This document shows positions 1-11,169 of a DNA stretch of 64,000 bases, piece after piece. Under the pieces are notes generated by a model. It worked only from the letters and a program-made list of their open reading frames with translations. It was not told where the DNA came from and made no database searches. Origin of the DNA: Raillietiella orientalis (lineage: Eukaryota); NCBI GenBank assembly GCA_036172245.1, contig JAYWIR010000043.1, forward strand, positions 806,001 to 870,000. Reading direction: 5' to 3'. Numbering within the stretch: the stretch's first letter is position 1; each line of letters begins with the position of its first letter. The position numbers and the translations under genes are program-made.

Positions 1-429
1 CGATCACCTCACAAAGATGCAGACGAGCGCGGCAACTACGTCACCCGTTGACGCGTGCGCGCGGTGCCGAAGGAAATTCGCGAGTGGAACACTCGGGATC
101 TACCCAACAAGACACCATGGTGGCAAAAGACACCAGTCACGTGACCCCGCCTTGTCTGCAGCATCGAACCTACCCACCCAGCATTGTCGTCCTTCTCCCT
201 CGTCAGCGTGGGCATGCGACCGCGAGGACTGGGTTTTGGCGTTTGGATAGAGACGAGGGCCCACGGCTTGCAACGTTCGGAGCAGCTGGACATCGCAAAG
301 ACGACGGGGATCGGTTAGGGGTAGGACATGTGAAGTGGAAAATGGCGGTTCAAAATCGGCGGCCTTCAGTCCGCTTCTTCTGCAGTTTCCCCTCTCTTCA
401 TCTTCCCGTTACTGCCCGTTCATACAAGT

Positions 430-2650
430 CACCTTCCTGAACGCAAGAAAGGGCGGAGCAGGCGTCAACCGGCTGTCGCTGGTGCCACCAACCTTCCACT
501 CAGCGGGTCGTCCCCGCAAGTGCACTCACTCCATGCAGGACGGCGACCACAAGGTCAGAGTCCTGCATGGAGAAATGATGGGGAAGCCTGCGCGCGTCGT
601 CCGGAGGTCACTCGTGGTACACTCCAAGAGCAGGCAGCTGCCGAATCCACTCCCGATTGGAGGCAGCTGCCTGTTGTGGAACAGGAGGAGCAGCGATTCC
701 GCCTGCCGCCTCGTAGAGAGGCACGTGAGGGGGAACGCACCACCCACTCCCGGGAAGAAGCTCCACGAGCTCCACCCTCTTCATACGTCCCTTCCGAGAG
801 GTCCCTCTTCATCCGCCATATCTCGTTTGGCAAGCAGCTTCTCAGTCCCGCCGTTACTTCATTCGCTTTGCCACCTGGAAAATCGCCAGCCCGTCGGTTG
901 TCTGTTGAGCCATCCATCTCCCCTCGGCAAGGCCTGCTTTGTGGCCAAGGGTGCGGCGGTGGTTCGGGAACTGCCCTCTAGGACATCCTCCGGGAGGATT
1001 GCTCCTACATGCCGTTGGGGCGTGGCACCTACGAGATGCTCATCGCGGACTGTCCTTTACCCGTGACCAAACTGCCACCTCCTGACGCTATCAAGCATTT
1101 CGATTGGCTGCGGCGAGGCATGAGTACTCAGGCGCGAGCGTTACCACCCGTCTAAACAGGAAGCGGAAAGAAGTCGCTTCTTGTTCAGCTGCCGGGCAGC
1201 AGCGATCGCGACAATCTTTCGCAGCCAAACGCTTTCGGGATGGCACCAACGTCTGGTAGGGTGTCGGGCGACCCATACTACTCTCCTGTGACGCAGATGC
1301 AGCCTCATCAGTCTCTCGGAGTCGGCATAAGGGATGCAGTGCCTCCACCACGTCTTGCAAATGCTGACGTGGGTCCTGCAGACACCCTCTGACCTTCCGC
1401 AACGCACCGTCGGTTCTCCTCGTCTGGCTGCTGGAGCGGAAATTTGAGGAAGAGGAAGGGGATGCAAGAGAGAGCTAAAAAAACGGGCCTGTTCCGGAAA
1501 GAGGAAACGGTTCCCTAGTCCCCTACTGGAAACCGGGACAGCGCCTTCGCCGCACATTCCGAGGGCACATGACTGCGCCTGGTCCTTCTGCGACGCTCAA
1601 GTCGACCACGGGCGTTCCCAACTTCCTGCTACGCGAAATTCACCAGCTGCGGCCCGGACATCGCCCATCCATCTCTGCTGCACTGCGGGGCACGTGATGA
1701 AAACCCTTTTAGGTTCTTTTCTGTCTTCGCTGTCTCCCTGCCAGCTTTTCTTTTCTTTTTCCTTTTTTCGGGTTTTTTTTTCTGTTGTTTCGCTGAGTAC
1801 CTTAAGAACTGTCGCAAGTCTGGCGCGCTTCTCAAACAGCTCTTTAACGGCGTTCCACGTCACCAGAGGGTGCGTGTTAGCACTTCAAGTTGGAGGGGCT
1901 CCGGAAGGGGCCCCCGAGAAAGAGAGTTTCTTCCTACCACGCCTGGGGAGGCATCCCCGAAGGGAACCTCCTTCCTTGTTCTCTCCGTAGGGACCCTCGT
2001 AGGGGGTCCACTTAATTTTTCCTTTGTCCTTCGGTCCTCTTCTTCTCCGAAGGAAACCCGGAAAGCATCCGCCAAAATTTCTTCTTCGGAGGAAACCCCC
2101 CGCAAGGGAACCGCTCCTGTTTGCTCCTCTGAAGAGATCCCCGAAGGGACGCTTCCGAATTTTCTCAGAAGGGAGCGACGCGCTTCTCTGCACTCTGGAG
2201 AGGTACCACACTTACTCCATGGCACCACGCGGTGGGTTTCCTCCGAAGGAGGGGTCCTCTCCTTTGCACAACAGGAGGGGAAGGAACTTTTACTCCTTGA
2301 TCCTGGAAGGACTCCAGCAGGTCGACTCCCAATCCCGACCACTCATCGAGGGCATTCGGTTTCAACCGCCACCGGCGCCGCACCAGAATAGGAGCCAACC
2401 AGAGTCATCTCGCGAGAGGAACTCGAACCCACGACTCACCCCCCACCACTCGGCATCCATTCTTGCCGAGTATTCGAACTTGCCATGCTTGGTGGTGTCA
2501 CGCCCGGAGACCGCTGCTACGTGGCCTCCGACGCGGGCAAGTGACCTGCACGCTTCTCTGAGAATCCTCTTGAAGAACGAGTCGGGTCACTCTACCCGGG
2601 GCCAGCCAGAACCATGCTGTGAATCGAGGTCGTGCTGGTGTCAGAAACCG
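430..2650 (-). mobile_element. Decayed Tx1/L1-clade non-LTR retrotransposon (copy B): ORF1 remnant about 2650-1860, ORF2 3' remnant about 1450-430
   Basis: Minus-strand 1402-1091 reads SQESSMGRPTPYQTLVPSRKRL...TSFRFLF, resembling the L1/Tx1 post-RT pattern (W..R.LS..GR...KTLV.SRL.Y...FRFLW). Minus-strand 2398-2165 reads VRRRWRLKPNALDEWSGLGVDLLESFQDQ, resembling Tx1 ORF1 ahead of its zinc knuckle. DNA at about 1930-2440 is visibly homologous to 5590-6150. Frameshifts and stops are present; ends are approximate. Confidence 0.6.
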
Positions 2651-2942
2651 GCGCTGTAGGTGATTGTAGGGCGGACCGACACCATTCAGGCTTTAGGGAC
2701 GTGGAGGCTGAACAGCCTGCTCCTTGTGCAGTGGCGACTCAGCTTCGGTCGCGTTGGGGAATCCAGCTGGAGTAATGCAGGGCTGGAGAAGCTCACAGAG
2801 GTTCGCAATAAGAAGAAAGCACCGGGGAGCTCGCTGACAGAAGCGGATCCCCGAAAGGACAGGATCCAGGAACTTCTTGGATTCTCACCCGGGAACGCCG
2901 AGGCGCTTAATTCGTATAAGCAAATGAACAATCACAGTCTCT

Positions 2943-2967
2943 GTGGTTGGACTAATGGTCCAACCAC
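2943..2967. repeat. Perfect 10-bp inverted repeat (hairpin) GTGGTTGGAC-TAATG-GTCCAACCAC
   Basis: Read directly from the sequence. It lies at the junction between the two Tx1-like copies. Confidence 0.9.
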
Positions 2968-3249
2968 GTGCAATTCAACGGGAGCCTGCCGGGTTACCCA
3001 GGGGAAAGTGAGGGGAAACGGGGAGAAAGAAAGAATAAATGAAGAAATGAAGAGCGAACATGAAAAAAAAGGGTCCGAAATGCTGGGGACAAGAGAATGG
3101 ATCACGGGATGCCTTCCTGGTGTTTTCCGCATCCTTTGCAGGATGCCGGCAAGTTCCTCCTTCTGCCGAGGGAGATGCGGCCACCTCGTGGCCATCCTCA
3201 AAAAGAAGATCACAAGCGGAAAGGCGCCATCATTCGTCCTGTCTCCATC

Positions 3250-6200
3250 ATCATCGTCGCACGCGTAACCCGGCAGGTAGGTCTCCATCATCACAACTCC
3301 AAGTCAAGCAGCACGGAGCTGCGATCGACGCCGCAGGCGCCATTCTGCTACGAGTGAAGAGGTGCCTCCGTAGTAAGACCTCGGTGAGCTCAGGGACGCA
3401 GTCGGACCTCCCCGAACACTCTGAAAGGAAACTCACTTGAAGAGCAGGTACAGGAAGGTTTCCCTCACGCCGAACCTGGCGCAGCCTGAGACCACACGTC
3501 CCTGGTCCAGTGGTGGGGCCACGCGTTGTATGGGATGGCTCGATGCTGCGGTCGGTACTCTGAGTCCCGCCACTTCAGGGGAAGCATGGAGCTGTCGTAG
3601 AGCACTGGAGGAATCTCCACTGCTTCCAACGGAATCCCAAGGAGATCCGCCTGGTGGAAACGTACTTCAGGGAGGGAACACGGGAATGCAAAATATCAGC
3701 CGGTTGACACGCTGTCCAGAATCCCAATAGCTTTTCTTCCTCCCCACCCCACCTCCTGCAGTCTCGCAGTTTAGTTCTCATCTTGCGGGCTGGCGGATGT
3801 CCTGACTATCCCGCATGAACGACAGTGTCGCAGAAAAAGGAGTTCACTAGGCTCCCTGGATCTTTCTCTAGCAGTCCATCATCTCCTCCAGCGTGCGTAA
3901 CTGTAATATCGCAGACGTTGCGTTTCTTCGTGCCTCTAGTTTTGGCCCACTTTTGAGCTGCTTCGTTTCCAGGCACCACAGTCCGTAAGCCAGAGAGAGA
4001 TTCAAGTGGATCCAAGGCAAGCGGGAGCTGGGAGCCGCATCGCGGTAGTCTTCGGTGGCTGCAAACGAGGGACGAGGTAAGTGACTGCTTGCTAGGCCAG
4101 GATCAAGGCCGGAACGCACCAATGAATGCTCCAAAACTTCGCCGCCGGGGCTGTTCTAAACTGGAGCTGACGCTCCGTCCTTTCCAGATTCAGGACGCCT
4201 AATGCGACGTGGCGACGTGGAGCGCAAAAGTCCTTCAAGCGGACTCGAGCCCTCTGCGTGTACCAGAAAGCTTTTCGAGGAAGGATCTCGCCACTGAGAG
4301 AAAGGGGAGCAAAAAGCAAGGATCGGAGGATGTGGACCACAAAAATGTTTCAAATGACGATGGATTGGCAGCGTTCCGTCGAGGATACGCACAGGGCAAC
4401 AGCTGCTACTTAGCATCTGGCTTTCATCTGGAGCGGTAAGCACGGAGGCGAACGAGCTGCCGAGCTCCGGGCACGCCGCCACTGTGGGCTTGCCGTGTCG
4501 GCTTACGCCCCGTGGTCTCTTTCCGTCCATTCTGGATTCCTCATCCGATCACTTCTTCGAGTCGATCCGCCGGCGAGAGGGTACTTGCGCCGACAGGCAG
4601 CAGAAGTGCCCGCTCGTGCCCGTCTCGGGAGAGGTTCAGTGGGACTGGATCCGCCTGCCCATTTCCAAGGGAAAGTGTTCCAAATGCGTTTTCGCTGGAT
4701 GTCAACCTATTTGCTGTCCTCCGGCGAGACGGTGCTGCGGCAAAGGGTGTGGTGGCAGACGCGCGGACCCACTTCACTGGGAAGCCGCGCCTCGCGTGCA
4801 AGACGAGGTTGGCCGGATTGCTTGCGGTGGTGGCTGACAGGTCTGCCGTGGCACATGCGCTTCACAGCGGCAAGGCGATGGTCCCTGTGCGGACCAGAGC
4901 GAATTTCATGAGCAGGGAGAAGCAGCACTCCACACAACTCATGCGGTTCCCGTTGAAAGCACAGTGTCCAGAGGCATGGTTTTGCCTTGGTCATCACGTC
5001 ATCCCACCAAGGAAAACTATGCTTTTCTTTTTGGGAGCATTGCAGTTGCGAAATTTCTCTGCAGGTGAGGACCAGATGCTGGAAGAACATCTTGGGCTCC
5101 TGATCATCAAAATTCCGAGTTGGCTTTTCGATCGAGGCAATGATCTGACTTTCGGAAAGACGGTCGGAAGATCCTCCAGTAGATGGGGTCACTCAGAACG
5201 TGTGGACTTACTCTTGGTAGGAGAAAGTATGGGCAAGCTGGTGGTCCCCCGAATCTGCGAAAAAAAGGTCTCTGAATTCCCTTATGCTTCCCGCACGTGG
5301 CTTCCAATTTATGGCTCCCTCGATAGCCGATACCCCGTGCCACGCGGGGGGACTCCCCTCACGACTTAAGCTACAAATCCTCACGTTTCGCTCCTGAATG
5401 TGCGACATTTAAGAGTGGATTCAGGGCAGCGAGCCTCTTCCTAGCCCTCAAAGACAGTCGTCCGCCTGGCGGCTCGCGCAGCTCTTTCAAGCTGTTCCAC
5501 GCCAACCGAGGGTACGGGTTAGGTCTTCAACTTACAGGAGGTACCCCGGGAGGGAGCCAGGAAGGGCTTCGGAGAAGGGAGTCCGTTCCTCCCACGCCTG
5601 GGGAGGGATCCCCGAAGGGAACCTTTACCCTGGTTGTCTCCGAAGGGAACCCTGAAGGGTAAACTCCTCTTCCTTATTCTCTCTGAAGGGAACCCTGAAG
5701 GGTAAACTCCTCTTCCTTATTCTCTCTGAAGGGATCCCCGGAAGTGTCGGCTCCATTTTTTCTTATCCTGGGGTAATCCCCCCTAAGGAAACCACTTCCT
5801 GTTTCTTCCTCGGAAGGGTGCTCCTCGAAGGGAGCGGAGCTCTTCTTGCCACTCTGGATAGGTGTCATCCAGGTCCATGGAACCCGAGGGAGAGGACGGA
5901 ATCATTTTCACAATCGAGGGGGAATCCTAAAGAGCTCCTTGACGTCCTTGAAGCACCTGGAGAGTCAACTTCCGATCCCGGTCCTCACCGGAGCATCCGG
6001 TTTTTCAGCTCCTACCAGTTCCTGGCCCGAAGCCTGAATGCTAAAACCAGAGTCATCTTGCGAGGAGGGTAGGGGGAGCTCGAAAACCCACAACGCACCC
6101 TTTTCTCTGGTGTCGACCCTCCACCAAGTGGGGATTCGAACCCGCAGCGCTTGATGCCTTCTCTTCCTAGTCAGGGGTCCCACGGGTTGCATGTGTCCGG

Positions 6201-6250
6201 TCCACAACTATCGGAATCACTCGTGGTGGGATCGGAATGTTCGATCACAA
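3250..6250 (-). mobile_element. Decayed Tx1/L1-clade non-LTR retrotransposon (copy A): ORF1 remnant, RT and CCHC remnant
   Basis: Degenerate motifs occur in the expected order on the minus strand: GKHKGIQRPFFRRF (KSPG.DG..EFY..F), GFPVKWVR...GNGQADPVPLN, PVRILDG (LG motif), KAFWYTQRARVRLKDFCAPRRHVALGVLNLE (FLW..KR.RV...LC.P...GGLG..DL), then GCARFGVRETFLYLLF (C..CG..ET..HL..C). The ORF1-like part at 5540-6250 is homologous to copy B. Confidence 0.7.
5642..5734. repeat. Perfect tandem duplication, 43-bp period, about 2.2 copies
   Basis: GAAGGGAACCCTGAAGGGTAAACTCCTCTTCCTTATTCTCTCT occurs at 5642-5684 and 5685-5727, followed by GAAGGGA. Confidence 0.95.
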
Positions 6251-7299
6251 AGGGAGGCTCTTGGTTCGCGTACAAGCAGCAACAGTTGGTAGCAGTCTCA
6301 AGGGGAGTTGAAGCGACACACCCTCGTCCTCCAAGAAGCGAGAGTGCAAACGACTGCTTCGGTGGTCGCGGCTTCCATTCGGACTCCTCGAGAGACGCAT
6401 TCCGCTATGATTTCAAGCTGCACTTTTCAGTCGATGTAATCAAAATCAAATGTACGGCCGCAAGTTTTTCTTTTTTCTTTGAAGGAGGGGGGGAGGCAAT
6501 TTGTGAGAAGGGTCGCGTAAGAGCAAAAGCCCCTTTGATTTTGATTTTCCGTTTTCTGCCTGTGTGCTCCTCCAAATGAAATGGTCAGCCACAAGAGTTT
6601 CGAAACAGCTGCTCGCAATCGACATCCCAATCAATCAGAAACAAACAAACAAAAAAAAAGGATAAGGCGAACGAATTTGAGAGTTGACAGCCCTACAAGC
6701 ACGCACCTGCCTATGGAGGCAGGGCTGCCAACTTCTTAGGCTGCTACGGTTACCTGAGGAAGAGCATTTCCATCGGGATTCTATCCGCAGCCCTCTCGAA
6801 AGTGAATTCCTTTTCCTGTGCAACGCAGAAGAAGTTATCCGACAAAATCGATCAATGCATTTTCGTTCCAAAGTACCAAGCTGGGAGGATGGATGCGAGC
6901 GTTTCATCCTGTGATTACGCTGATCCTTACTTTCCGTAAGATCCATCGCGCTCCCGAAAGTATGACTGACGAAAAATGAAGCTCGTCAGGATGAAATGAA
7001 GCGGAGAACAGGTAGCAGCACAGAATTGCATGTATTTTAGACATTCTCATGGGTTTGTCGGGACGCAATAGGCACTTGTGAGGTCTTACGAGGATGTGTT
7101 TTTTGTTTTTTTCCCTGCTTTTCCAGCTTGGCAGCACGCTCTGTCCAAACACATTGCTGCAGAAAGTGGTAGTCAAGTGATGTCAGATTCAACCCTCACA
7201 AATGGCAGCTGGACGCTCACATTGCGGACGGTTTTTAAGGCATCCGTCGCAACTCTTACCGTGGAAGTTGGAATCACTGACGAAGCGTGTCAGATGTTT

Positions 7300-8890
7300 A
7301 AGATAAATGTTACATTATTCATCATATGGGAAAAACTCTTGTTTTCGAGCAGATAACATCAGAAGAGAGAGTAGTTCGAAATGGCAGCACTCTTCCACTT
7401 TGCCGGGTGAAGATAGGAGACTTTCGAGAGGTGGATTTTGATCTTGAAATCCTTCAAGCACGCACGAATCGTTCCATGGCTGCAAAAGAGGCTTGCAGAG
7501 TTTCCGTTGCAATTCCGTCTAATTGGACGCAAAAATCTGAATTGCATGACTCTTCTTTAAAATACCTCGATGGACCATCGCTGGGGATTATATGCGGAAA
7601 ACCCCACGCTGAGATGCAAATTCCCAGCATCCATTTCCGGGTGCTGCTGAATCACTCGTCATTACAATTTGCGAAAGGAGAGCTTGACTTACCACCCTCA
7701 TGCTCACCTCTCGTAACTTTGGAGGTTACGTCAACCAAGTGCCTCCCTGGGGAACAGCTCCCACAGGAGCTCCTTTCCGGAAAAGATCTTTCGGTGTTTA
7801 AATAGAGAAGAAATGATGGATTCCCATCTGCTGACGGGAAAGTACCTTTATTAGCGCCACGCTGCTTCCGCCTGTGAATCCATAGCAGAAAGTCTTGAGA
7901 TCGGAAGGATCCAAGGAGCCATCTCAAGGCGTTGAGGTGACCTTGGAAACGAGCATGAAGTGAATTTGCGAACAAGTTGTGTAATTGAAGGAAAAATTCG
8001 CTCCTTATTTAAATGAAGCTCTCTTTGAACAACCAAATTGCCAATCGGAGCCAATAGGTTCGTAACCTGATGACATGCAACAGCATGGATTCGCTCGTGA
8101 TTGCGTGCTTCAGCTTAATCCCCATTAACGTGCGTACACTCTCCTTGTCGTTCTTCTCCTTCCTCCTCCTTAGAGTTTCAACGAAACGGGCTGCAGGAGC
8201 TCGGAACAACTATTTATTGCACATTTGCCTTGTTTTGCTCGAAAAAACGTGAAACCTCGACATCATGGCATCATCACCCGAGTAGGAATCACGCAAGCCC
8301 TGGTGGTCTGAAACAACGGCCGGAGACGATTCTTCGGAAATCGTGGACGCCGAATGTGGCGAAGCAGCGATAGAAAGCGTTTCATGCTATTTACACACCT
8401 GGAAGTCGTACGTTTGCTTTATTTGTCTGAAGTTTTATCTGAGGGAAGAGTCGTGAATGCTTAAATGGAAGAATGGATTTCAGAGCCTCGATAATGCAGA
8501 GTCCTTTGCAGCATCTGTGCACGTTGCGACAGCTGAGCAGCCTGAGAAGACTTTGATTTACCTTAACGGCGGATCTGTTACCAGGAAGGCATCTTCCATC
8601 GAAAATTGCGTGCTGCTCACCCAGAAGAGCAAGCGAGAGAACTGCGACGATCGTTAGAGTGTCACCACCGTCGGAGATTCCGCAGCGAAATCTACATAAA
8701 TTTCATCACGAGAGCCTCAATACTTGAAGTTTCGATCTCGGTTGCATCTCTCCTTGGTTCATCTTGGTTTATGATCAGAAGGTCGGGATTCTGGAAACTC
8801 GAAGGGCGACTTGTTGCAAATAACGACGAAGCGTGTTGTGCACAAAGACGAAAAACAAACAAAGAAAAAAAGAGTAGCTGAAAATCCAAC
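7300..8890 (-). mobile_element. Decayed LTR retrotransposon pol fragment (RNase H-integrase; Ty3/Gypsy or BEL-type)
   Basis: Minus strand gives LHARFQGHLNALRWLLGSFRSQDFLLW (integrase HHCC start) and AWGFPHIIPSDGPSRYF...LDGIATETLQASFAAMERFVR (G.P..I.SD.G..F...GI...ER core). ATEIETSSIEALVMKF near 8750 is RNase H-like. Stops and frameshifts are present. Confidence 0.6.
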
Positions 8891-10129
8891 AGAACTTACT
8901 ATGAAATGATTTTTCCACCTTAGGATCACATTCCACAGAATTGTCTATTGCCAATCACTGGATGTGTGCGTGTGTGTTTTCGAAAAATTTGAAATCATCA
9001 TAAAAAGGATCCCTAAGGTCTGGATCAAGACTATTTGAAAAAACATTCATTTGCTCGATGAATATCGGATAACGTTTAACATTTTTTTCTGAAATCTGAA
9101 AAGTAAAAAAAAAAGATTCCATCACAAAATCTGTCTGTATTTAGGGTATCACTGTAATAAGCGCTATTCTTACTTCCTAAAAAAGTCTTCTGCTAATCTC
9201 ACTTTTCTGCATCGTGCACATATGATCATATTGCAACATATTTTTGATGTGCTCGCATTGCTTCTGTACACAAACAAGACTTTGATCGAAAAACTTTTTC
9301 CACAGAACGGTTATAATACAATGCTTCATCGATTGGTGATTAAATTATTTTTCATTTTAAATGTGAGGAGTGATTGGAGACCAAGGTTGAATTAATCTCT
9401 TATGCAAGCTAGGAATGCTCCTTTTACAAATTTTTGAGTATATCCAAACAAACAAGATTCATATCGTGTGATAGCTTAGAATGATTTAAGATATCTCACT
9501 GATGATGTCTGAGGTTAAAAGAACATGGCGAGTGTCATAATCGAGTGCCATAAGTTTTAAAGAAATTATCAGTCATAAAGCACTTTAAGAACTGCCTTAA
9601 GAATCTTACAGCTGTCATGGTTCCAAACATAAAGATAGCAAATAAACTTGTGAGTGCATCAAATAAACAAAAGTAAAAAAATAATAATTTCCCAAATTTA
9701 GTCAGAGATATTTAATCCATTACTTCTTTCGATCACCTCGATTTCTGTTCTTACGACTGTTGTCCCTCCCCTCCCCCTTATCGTCCATATGATGTAATTT
9801 CATGCTTGTCATTTGCATTTTTCATAAAGAAAAAAAATATGAAAATACGACAGCTTTATATATTGTGAATGTGAATGCTGGATTTGACTGATGTGTTGCT
9901 TAATCGATTTTTTTTAATAACCAGTAAAACTGGACTTGATGCACTTGAACATCGGGTCGTTCGTTGAGAAACAATTTAAATTGCTTTGTTCATTCTGTTG
10001 CAAAATAGTGATATTCAACTTGTGGTCTTGTATTTTGTGCTTATTTCGAAGAGAGATGCAACCTTCAACTGATGCTCAGTTTTGCATTTGTGAGAAATTA
10101 TTCGGATTTTAAATAAGTTGTTGCAGAGG

Positions 10130-10178
10130 TCCCCCCCCCCCAAAAAAAAAGAGAGAGAGAGAGAGAGCGAGAGAGAGA
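10130..10178. repeat. Compound poly-C / poly-A / (GA)n microsatellite
   Basis: Read directly from the sequence. Confidence 0.9.
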
Positions 10179-10253
10179 TTGGTAACCTTGAGAATCTTGT
10201 GCTTTATTATATGCACAAAGATACCCCGAAACTCATTGTTAGGAAGACTGTAC

Positions 10254-10263
10254 GTTGCGTAAT
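10254..10263. promoter_or_regulatory. Consensus C/EBP site GTTGCGTAAT upstream of the CEBPG coding exon
   Basis: Exact match to RTTGCGYAAY. Function is not shown. Confidence 0.3.
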
Positions 10264-10850
10264 CCTGGATGTGCATGTAGAGTTTGTGCAGTACGATGGT
10301 GGTGGTGTGTGAGTTTGCAGAAAATTCATTTTTAGTTCTTATTTAATATGAATGCCTCGTGAAAGATGGTGGTTAAGCGATAGTTTTTGTTGCAGTTGTA
10401 AAACTAAACGGCAAAGTGAGTGTTGTATAGGAAATATTTCTCAAAGCCCGGATGGACCTAACGTAACGTTGAAACCTTTTGTGAATCATTTTGGTCCAAA
10501 ATAGGAAAGTAATTGAGATAGGACTGTGTACTATACTTAATTGAATAATACTTGATCGATTGTATATTTTATGTTGATGGGTCACAAAAGAACTTTTGTT
10601 TTTGATCGGCAGTTCGAAATTAACTCTCGCCATAATTTTTTTTTTTTTTTTACCTTTTAACTTGCAATGTAAGAAAACGAAAGAATGGATTCATACAACA
10701 TGTATTCATGTGGGGCAAAATGTTAATTTTGATTTAGTTCAGTTGAATTGCATTTACATGTTCCTGAATGGGAAAATTTGTGTATGAATAATAACTCTAT
10801 GTTTGTTGTTTCAAATTAGTGTGTTGACTATCATTATGCAGTTGATCAAT

Positions 10851-11135
10851 ATGGATCCAGATATGTTTCAAGCGAGTGCACTGGCGAGTAATTCGAAAAA
10901 CGATGGTTATAAGAAGCTGCGAGAAAGGAATAACTTAGCAGTTAAGAAAAGCAGACTAAAGAGCAAGCAGAAAAGTGCACTAACACAAGAAAGAATTAAA
11001 CAACTTCAAGAAGAAAATAGAGAACTAGAATTACAAGTTGAAAGGTTATCAAAACAGCTTTCTTACCTGAAAGAAATTTTTATTGCTTATTCTGGTAAGC
11101 AGCTGATTAATTCCAGAGTCTTGGATTGTTCATAA
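10851..11135 (+). CDS. CEBPG: CCAAT/enhancer-binding protein gamma (C/EBP-gamma, Irbp18-like) bZIP factor; 94 aa if unspliced
   Basis: DGYKKLRERNNLAVKKSRLKSKQK...IKQLQEENRELELQVERLSKQLSYLKEIF contains the gamma-type basic region AVKKSRLKSKQK, a leucine heptad repeat and no activation domain. ATG 10851 follows an acceptor-like TGACTATCATTATGCAG ending at 10841. A donor-like TCTG/GTAAGC at 11094/11095 means the true C-terminus may be spliced. Confidence 0.93.
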   Translation: MDPDMFQASALASNSKNDGYKKLRERNNLAVKKSRLKSKQKSALTQERIKQLQEENRELELQVERLSKQLSYLKEIFIAYSGKQLINSRVLDCS

Positions 11136-11163
11136 AGTATATGGTATTATTGTTTTTGAGAAT

Positions 11164-11169
11164 AATAAA
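11164..11169 (+). terminator. Candidate proximal poly(A) signal AATAAA for unspliced CEBPG
   Basis: Lies about 30 nt after the TAA stop and is followed by a GU/U-rich tract (TTGTGTTTGTTTTTT, about 11195-11209). Confidence 0.45.

Noticed and set aside
17..250. CARCRRKF...RHH, a C2H2-like finger suggesting an R2/NeSL element
   Set aside because: The histidine spacing is wrong, no Myb or RT region follows, and it sits at the window edge.
2985..3277. MITE defined by the 13-bp inverted repeat
   Set aside because: There is no target-site duplication around the pair, and one arm lies within a separately duplicated insert, which fits a repair scar better.
5590..5740. Repeated GAAGGG-containing units as a CRISPR-like array
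   Set aside because: It is a simple 43-bp tandem duplication without unique spacers, in a eukaryotic context with no cas genes.
6125..6150. B-box GGTTCGAATCCC on the minus strand (similar words at about 2425 and 63715) as tRNA genes
   Set aside because: No cloverleaf or A-box. The first two fall at equivalent positions in the Tx1-like ORF1 copies.
10803..10850. ORF-track N-terminal extension of CEBPG from TTG 10803 or ATG 10836
   Set aside because: It lies in a T-rich tract ending in an acceptor-like TGCAG at 10841, so it is probably intronic. ATG 10851 is preferred.
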